Positions 56,738-64,000 of a stretch of DNA of 64,000 bases are shown piece after piece. Source of the DNA: Octopus vulgaris (lineage: Eukaryota); assembly GCA_951406725.2 (NCBI GenBank), contig OX597828.1, positions 51,894,001 to 51,958,000 on the forward strand, given 5' to 3'. A program made the position numbers and the translations under genes. Below the pieces are notes generated by a model. The model was not told where the DNA came from, ran no database searches, and saw only the letters and a program-made list of their open reading frames with translations. How positions within the stretch are numbered: position 1 is the stretch's first letter; every line of letters starts with the position of its first letter.

Positions 56738-58298
56738 AAGACTAGGTGTATTGAAATAGTCATCATATCACTTTAACAGCACGTTGAGACTAGATATTTT
56801 GCACATATTTAGATACATTTAATATCTATCATTCATGAAAGCCTCAAGTGAATGGAATAAATGCTTCGTAAGTTATGAAACAATAAACAAACAATCTTCC
56901 AAATTGCAGCGGCCAAAACTTAGAAAAATTTGACTAACCGAGGTATTTGCTGTTTAGAAGACTGTTAATGGGCTAACTGTTATTTCTTATGATTTTATAT
57001 TATTGGAACATTCATCTGTGAACATGGCAGCGTGCGAGAGGCAAACAGTGTCCTGTGATGAAAAGCAAAGGATTGTGTGCCTTCACCAAGAGATCAAGTC
57101 AAGTTCTGTGATAGCAACTATTGTAGGAAGGTCTAGAAGTGTTGTGCAACGAATTGTTGCTCGTTTTAAGTCATCGACAGGTACTAAACCCCAAACCGGT
57201 AGACCTCGTAAAAATTCACCAAGACAGGATCGTATTATGATTAGAATGTTACTGAAGGATAGGTTTAAGAGTACTGCTGAGATATCTTGCCAGCTCAACT
57301 CCACTTCTGATGTCAACGTATCGCGCAAAACAGTTTAGCGGAGGTTACGCGGTCTGGGCTGCTTGCTCGGGCAACGGCAAAGAAATCTCTGATCGCCAAG
57401 AAGAATCAGAGGGCCCGTCTTCGTTCACGAACATGTCGTTTGGACAGAAGAACAGTGGTTGCAGGTTCATTTTAGCGATGAATCGAAGTTTAATCTGATT
57501 GGTCCCGATGGCTTGATGTACGTCCAACGAAGTGTCGAAAGGTTACCTCGTGCATGTATTAAGAAGACAATGAAATATAGAGGAGGCAGTGTAAAGGTAT
57601 TGGGAGTGATCTCTACTGCTGGTCCTGGTCCATTTATTCGCCTACGAGGGAATGTCAATGCTGAAATCTACAAGCAGATTCTTAGACAGCATGCCCTTCT
57701 ACATCTCCGGTCCTCGTCAGATCAACCACCTATCTTCGTGCAAGACAACACTCCCTGTCGCACTGCGAAGAGAGTCAAAGATTTTTTGAGTGATGAAGGA
57801 TTTGATCTCAGGGACTGGCCATCTTAAAGTTCGGATCTCAACCCTATAGAAAACGTATATAAGATTATTGAAGGCTCGAGGGAGAAACCCAAAAACCTAG
57901 ATGATCTTTGACAATTATTGAAAAACGAATGGAACATTATTACTCGATCATTTTGCAAGAAATAAATTCAGTTCTGTGGTAAGAGATGTCAGGAGGTGAT
58001 ATAGTAAAGGGATGTTCAGAAAATAAATATTAATAGTAAGGGTCTCTTTTTTGTCCTTGTTCCATTTTTCAATGTTTTCCTAAGTGATCCTTAACTTTTG
58101 GCCGTTGCAGTTTGGAAGATTATTTGTTTATAACTTACGAAATATTTATTGCATTCCCTTGAAACTTTTACGAAAGGTAGATATTAGATATATCTAAATA
58201 CGTGTAAAATATCTAGTTTCAACGTTTTGTTAATCCTTTATAATAAATATTTCAATACACTTGTTCTTACTAACCCTTATATTATGTTCGCTACTGTA
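56738..58298 (+). mobile_element. Tc1-family (DD34E) transposon with long TIRs; transposase pseudogene about 57024-58027
   Basis: HTH region with GRPRK; FSDESKF; GGSVKVLG; FVQDN followed 34 residues later by E (WPS*SSDLNPIE). Inverted repeats about 56738-56925 and 58090-58268. Right end ...ctactg|TA. Stops and frameshifts present. Confidence 0.92.
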
Positions 58299-58351
58299 TA
58301 TATAATATATATGTATACATTCCCCACATATATATATACATATATACATAC

Positions 58352-58410
<59 letters not shown>

Positions 58411-59178
58411 TGTGTGTGTGTGTATATACAGAGAGAGAAAGAGGGAGAGGGAGAAACAAGGGCAAATTTTTGCATTTTAAATTACATTTACTGCATATTG
58501 TAATCTACAGAGTCATTACTATTTTCATCGCATCTTCACTCGCAGATTTCTGTGATTTGTGGTGCTTCCCTCGTCAGGAATTTAACATATTTTATACGAC
58601 AAGAATAAAAGTGTTGAATGTAGGATCCTGAACAAAAAGAAACTGAGAATTCAAAGATTTTTGTGGGTGAGAAACACCTTATACGGGAAAGGGTAAAAGT
58701 AAGACTTGCTTTAGATTAAAAGTAGAAGTAAAATTTTACGTGAAGATGATGGCAATGGCATTTCAGAATGTGCTATATTTTTTTAATCGCTGTAAATTGA
58801 TAAAGGTCTTCTATAGATATACTGAGATAAGTCTTTAGTATAATCTTTTAGAAAGGTGAATGAGTGATATCAATTAAATGCGTTTGTTTGGAAGAGCAAG
58901 AAGTATCACAGGAGTGTTAGAAGAGACACAGAGGAAATGCAAAGGTTTGGTAAGGTAAGTGGTTAATGTGAATGGAATAATGAAGATTTAAATTTCACTC
59001 TAAGGAATTACTTTAGATGCGTCCAGAATATAAAGCCCTCTTGTATCTAATCAACACTCTGACACCATAAGAGCCATGTGTGTACAGTAACGATTCGGCT
59101 ATAATACTCGACTGCACTATAGGTGTGTTGCCCCTATAATTAAGGGTTTGGTGTGCCAGGATCTAGCATTTGCATCGA

Positions 59179-59221
<43 letters not shown>

Positions 59222-59251
59222 GGGGGGGTATGTGTGTGTGTGTGTGTGTGT

Positions 59252-59562
59252 GTTGAAGCACATGGCCTAATGGTAAGAGCAGCAGACTCGCGGTCGCGGG
59301 ATCACGGGTTCGAATCTCAGACCGGGCGATGTGTGTGTTTATGAGCGAAACACCTAAGCTCCACGCGGCTCCGGCAGAAGGTAATGGTGAACTTCTTCTA
59401 ACTCTTTCGCTACAACTTTCTCTCACTCTTTCCTCCTGCATCTTGCAGCTCACCTGCGACGGACCGGCGTCCAGTCCAGGCGGGTATCCTATACGTCAAG
59501 GAAACTGGGAAACCGGCCCTATGAGCCAGGCGTGGCTCGAGAAGGAACAAACAAGCAGCAAC

Positions 59563-59571
<9 letters not shown>
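59252..59571 (+). mobile_element. SINE family C head with tail type 3, (CAA)n end
   Basis: Head like 5231; tail like 30020-30118. Confidence 0.85.
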
Positions 59572-59603
<32 letters not shown>

Positions 59604-60062
59604 AAACCAATGTGTACGTATGCCGCTATATATATAAAATATAAACTGGGACAAGAACGCAAAGCATCCAGATAGACGATAGAAAGAAAACAAGGACCGG
59701 TCATTCGAAGTTTTCTTTCCTCAGTCAAGTTCCAGATTTTCTTTGCAATTTCGGCTGAATCAAACTGCAAAGATATAATCTGGAACTGTTAGGTGAAGGG
59801 GCTAACTCTAACAGGATGAAAAGGGAGCTGACTCGTACGAAATTTTGGGTGGTTTAAAACTGTATTATGGCTAATAACTGTCTGGGTCTCCAAGCATATT
59901 TTTACATTCACACACACACATGTATATAATGTGTATTACTTTATTATCTCCCCTTCTTCCTAGCTCACATGTCAAGCTATATTTTCCCAACCAGACATCA
60001 TGATTGATCACTAAATCCACAAGATTTTTTTTATTCTCTCCCTGTTTATTTCCTCATATTCC

Positions 60063-60123
60063 TTTCTGTTGAAGAGTGTAGGCTCGAAACGTTTGAGAAT
60101 TTCTCACTTTCCCGAACGTCAAA
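60063..60123 (+). ncRNA. Hammerhead-like variant in a Penelope-like 3' end
   Basis: ttt CTGTTGA a gagt-gtag-gctc GAAA cgtttg...cgaacg TC aaa. Core position 6 is U rather than A. The downstream ctaatacacctg..cacctgtcttcgtc..(TA)n also occurs at about 27840-27903. Confidence 0.4.
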
Positions 60124-60181
60124 CTAATACACCTGCTTGTTGTTCATGCACCTGTCTTCGTCTTTTATTTTCCTGTAAATT

Positions 60182-60259
<78 letters not shown>

Positions 60260-60292
60260 ATATATAAATATATATATATATATTTATTTTTA

Positions 60293-60323
<31 letters not shown>

Positions 60324-60866
60324 GTGCCAACCAAGTATAGCATCTTATACAGGACAGTGCTACTGACGTTTGTAACCTCGGAAGGCATCTCCTCCGGCTG
60401 GCTAAAATTTGAAACCAATATCAAAAATTAATTATTCAACAAAACTTTAAGATATTATCGTAAGAGAGCAATAATTTGTAACTGGCTGTGCGGTGGACTG
60501 AAAGATTTTAAGTGCTTGGAATTAGTAAATACAGTATCAGATACAGATATTATCTTGATGGCTAATTGCATGGCACTTTATGATATAAATGGTTTTAAAT
60601 TTTGGTCAGCGAATTTGGGAAGTAGGTTAAGTCAACTACATCGATCTTAATATAAAAAGAAAGAAATGGTGGATACCCTAGAATTTATGTACAGATAGAA
60701 GGGTAGAGACAAAAGGAAAAGTGATACAGTGACGAAGTAGGTACTACCAAACCGAGGGAGAATAGGCAACAAGAATGGGGCGAAAATTACACAGGATATA
60801 CAAAATAACAATGAAAAAATACAAACAAATGAAATTAATAAAATAAACATAGCAGAAACAAAGGTA

Positions 60867-61100
60867 CAGTAATCACTCGCTATATCGTGGTTCACCTATC
60901 ACACCCTCATTACATCGCGGATTTTTTTGGCTAATATATGTAAATATATATCGCGCACTCCTCCGGATATTGCGGGTTTCTGCGGCCGATAGGTAAATAT
61001 AATTTTTTAGATTTTAATCATTTCTGTGGTAAAATAAGCATTTTAATGCCTAAAAATTAATAGATTAATAAATAAAAAATACAGCACAGTACTGTAAAAA
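60867..61100 (+). mobile_element. pogo/Tigger-like transposon left end
   Basis: TA followed by cagtaatcactcgctatatcgtggttcacc...atcgcggattttt, resembling pogo/Tigger-type TIRs. No partner TIR found. Confidence 0.5.
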
Positions 61101-61643
61101 TATATATAAAATATATTAAAAGAAAATACGTAGCGTATCGTAGGGAGTAAGCAAAGAATCGCACATACTATTATATGGAAAGCGGGGTGGTAGAAAAGAG
61201 TGGATGTTGGGTGATAAACATACATATTACACTGATTCTAAGAAACACAGTCATACATACATTAATAGAGTTACTGTAAGTAAATATAAATTGATCAGTA
61301 AGCAAATGGAAAATTTTTGAAGTTGAGAGTTCCATCGACCCTCTGTGCTTTTGTGTTTTGAGAGCAAGAGAAAGAGAGAGATGGAAGAGAGAGAAAGAGA
61401 AAGAAAAAGAGAGAGAAAGAGAAAGAGAGAGAGGGGACTGTATACGAATATCTTTGAGTAGTAAATATTCAATTAAAATATGACTCCGTGAAAGAAGATC
61501 ATTATTCAACAGCTGGGAGTTGGTTCTCGTTGAATATGAATACTTGTATATGTACACTGACCTTTGTAAACTGTTCCAATCTATGACACATTTAGAGAAA
61601 TTAGATATGGCGAAATTTGTGGAATGTTTTTTCCTGTTTTTGA

Positions 61644-62035
61644 AGGCGTGGGCTTAGTGGCTAGCGTGTTCGTCTCACGATCGTATGGTCACGTGTTCGA
61701 TTCCCGACGTTGCGTTACGTTTTTAAGCAAAAACTTTTACTTCGCATTGCTCCAGTTCGGTTCACGATCGTAAGTAAGGTCACGAGTTCAAATTCCCGGC
61801 GGCGTGTTCTGTCCTTGAGAAAGACACTGTATTTCACGTTGCTCCAGTCCACTAGGCTGGCAAAAATGAGAAATACCTGTATATCAAAGGGTCAGCTTTG
61901 TCACATTCTGTGCCCCGCTGAATCGCCCCTGAGAACTACGTAAAGCGTACGCTTGTCTGCGGAATGCTCAGCCACTTGCCCGTTACTTTCACGAGCAATT
62001 GGGAAATCTCGTTGTCATAACCGACGGAATGTCAG
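61644..62035 (+). mobile_element. SINE family D with duplicated head, tail type 1
   Basis: Two cacgatcgta...ttgctccagt modules precede the tail-1 sequence. Confidence 0.7.
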
Positions 62036-62077
62036 TTCTTGTGTTTCAGTATTGTTTTAACATAAGACAATACAAGG

Positions 62078-62521
62078 GGATTTTTTCAGTTTGAACGGCA
62101 GTTTTTAACATAATTTCTAGGTAACTAAAAAATTTTAAACTTCGTATTCTGGTAGAATGTGTTTATAAAACATCTTTTTCTCTTGGCTTTATTGAGAAAA
62201 CTCTATAGTTTGTAAGATATTTGTCGTTTTTTTTCTTCAATTTCTGCAATTCCAACCAGTCAGTGACGTCTATTGAGTTAAAAAGCATTCTTTGCCGTAT
62301 GAATATGTCCCTCGTTTAAGAAACAGATTGGGTTTATTTACATTTGTGAAGAAAAAAAGATACCCTTCCCCCACCCCTAACCCTAACTCTAACCCTAATC
62401 CTAACTAACCTTAACCCTAAAAGAGATTGAAATGCAATAGATCGATTCCAGGGTTATAATTATGGGCGACAATTTCATATGACACCGCTAGAAAAAACTG
62501 CCGTTCAAACCGAAAAGATCC
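62078..62521 (-). mobile_element. Merlin-like MITE, copy 2
   Basis: Inverted homolog of 18186-18601. 8-bp TSD atacaagg/atacaaag. Longer (CCCTAA)n-like tract at about 62375-62420. Confidence 0.8.
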
Positions 62522-62672
62522 ATACAAAGATTTCGATGGCTGTTATTTCACTATAAGTAGATTTGTTTGGACAAGTTATTCATTGGCTTTTCTTCACTCG
62601 TTTGTACAATCACATAAACTTAGATTTTCACATACATAAGTAGATTTATGAACTATATCTTTCCCAATATTA

Positions 62673-62894
62673 GGGCGGCGAGCTGGCAGAAACGTTAGCG
62701 CGCCGGGCGAAATGCGTAGCTGTATTTCGTCTGCCGTTACCTTCTGGGTTCAAATTCCGCCGAGGTCGACTTTGCCTTTCATCCTTTCGGGGTCGATAAA
62801 TTAAGTACCAGTTACGCACTGGGGTCGATGTAATCGACTCAACCCGTTTGTCTGTCCTCTCTATGCTTAGACCCTCGTGGGTAGTAAAGAAATA
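62673..62894 (+). mobile_element. Full-length SINE family B with 18-bp TSD
   Basis: tatatctttcccaatatt (62654-71) and tatatttttcccaatatt (62895-912). Confidence 0.9.
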
Positions 62895-63104
62895 TATATT
62901 TTTCCCAATATTTATGCTCATTGAAAGTGCTAAATTGTCACCTGTAGGGCGAGTGTCTCTTTGTAATTTGTGTCACTTGGCTTTCTTTAACTGACGTAGT
63001 GGTGCAGGGGAGAGGGGGGCCGTCTTGATAGTTACCAGCAAAGACAGACATCGACGAGACCTCATTAATTATTTACTCAACAGAACATCGAGAGTGTGAC
63101 AGTT

Positions 63105-63484
63105 GGAGAGTGAGAGAGAGGTGGAGGATAGAGGACGGAAGAGAAATGCGTAAGATGGGAGGGGAGACAGGGGGTGGTTAAGAGAGTTGGAATGGGAGTG
63201 GGAGACAGTTGCAGGGGGAAACAGGTGGAGGGTGGGAGAAGGAGGGGAAGGTGGAGCGGTGAGAGAAGTGCAGGGGAGACGGGTGCAAGGGAGTCAGGTG
63301 GAGGGGAGACTTGTAGAGAGGGAGAAAATGGGGTAGAGGGGAAAGGGAGAGACGTAGGAAGCAGATGGAGGTTGAGACAATTGGAGGGGAGAGAAGGGAG
63401 GCCGGAAGAGGTGGCGGGTGAGACTGTTGGAGTGAGGACATGTACAGGAAGACTTAGGAGGAGGGGTGAGAGGGAGAAGACGAG
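63105..63484 (+). repeat. Purine-rich (G/A) low-complexity tract
   Basis: Direct reading; many GGG/GGGG runs. Confidence 0.8.
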
Positions 63485-63823
63485 TGAGCGGAATATTATT
63501 CCTAACTTACATGGAAAAATTCAATTTAGAAATACTAAATCAAATTTCACAAAATATAATATATATATAAAAATTAGAAAAAAACACCTTTTATCAATTC
63601 AAAATGAACAATTAAATTACACCACCTAGAAAATTACATATAATAGAAATATTAAAAATAATAATAAAAACGTATATATATACGTTTTTATTATTATTTT
63701 GCAATTTACTTAATCATCGGTATATTATTGTTATTTTATTTTTAATATTTCTATTATATGTAATTTTCTAGATGGTGTAATTTAATTGTTCATTTTGAAT
63801 TGATAAAAGGTGTTTTTTTCCTA

Positions 63824-63907
<84 letters not shown>

Positions 63908-63974
63908 TTGTGAAATTTGATTTAGTATTTCTAAATTGAATTTTTCCCTGTAAGTTAGGAATAATATTCCCTCA
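63485..63974. repeat. Large near-perfect palindrome with nested 46-bp perfect palindrome
   Basis: ggaatattattcctaacttac...gaaatattaaaaata pairs with tatttttaatatttc...gtaagttaggaataatattcc. The (TA)n is expanded in the right arm only. Inner palindrome aaaataataataaaaacgta(ta)n cgtttttattattatttt at 63655-63700. Confidence 0.9.
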
Positions 63975-64000
63975 AATTATTAAGATCTACGAGTATATTT

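Noticed and set aside
57003-57827. Functional or domesticated transposase gene
   Set aside because: Frameshifts and stops (including within WPS*SSDLNPIE) and retained TIRs indicate a dead Tc1 copy.
59729-59787. Short hairpin gttccagatt..ctttgca / tgcaaaga..aatctggaac as a structured RNA gene
   Set aside because: More simply a small local inversion at the end of a repeat fragment; no family motif recognised.
62375-62420. Telomere or chromosome-fusion relic
   Set aside because: Short, degenerate, and internal to a MITE that has a second copy.
63174-63629. 151-aa G/R/E-rich ORF
   Set aside because: Arises from the purine-rich tract running into the AT palindrome.

Overview
Very AT-rich eukaryotic DNA saturated with microsatellites. 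I could not find an intact host protein-coding gene. The repeat content (tRNA-headed SINEs resembling octopus OK/OR families, dense (TA)n/(CA)n/(GATA)n/(TATG)n/(TAA)n arrays) suggests an octopod cephalopod intergenic or long-intron region; this is inference. Almost all ORFs in the supplied track are microsatellite artefacts. The real coding remnants are all transposon-derived: RTE, Tx1/L1, two R4/Dong-type LINEs, mariner, Tc1 (DD34E) and hAT. There are also a non-autonomous Helitron, two Merlin-like MITEs, several fold-back palindromes and about 35 SINE copies of four head types. Most interesting: non-coding units of about 493-494 bp that each carry a complete type I hammerhead ribozyme, arranged as partial tandem and inverted, circularly permuted copies at (TA)n tracts (21211-22372 and 29260-29853). 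These look like retrozyme or non-autonomous Penelope-like elements, and smaller hammerhead relics occur elsewhere. Also notable: a SINE family whose 3' tail resembles the 3' end of a (GATA)n-embedded Tx1 LINE and that appears to insert into itself; apparent partitioning of microsatellite types among retroelement families; and a Helitron carrying a copy of its own downstream flank. All calls and coordinates were made by eye, and degraded element boundaries are approximate.
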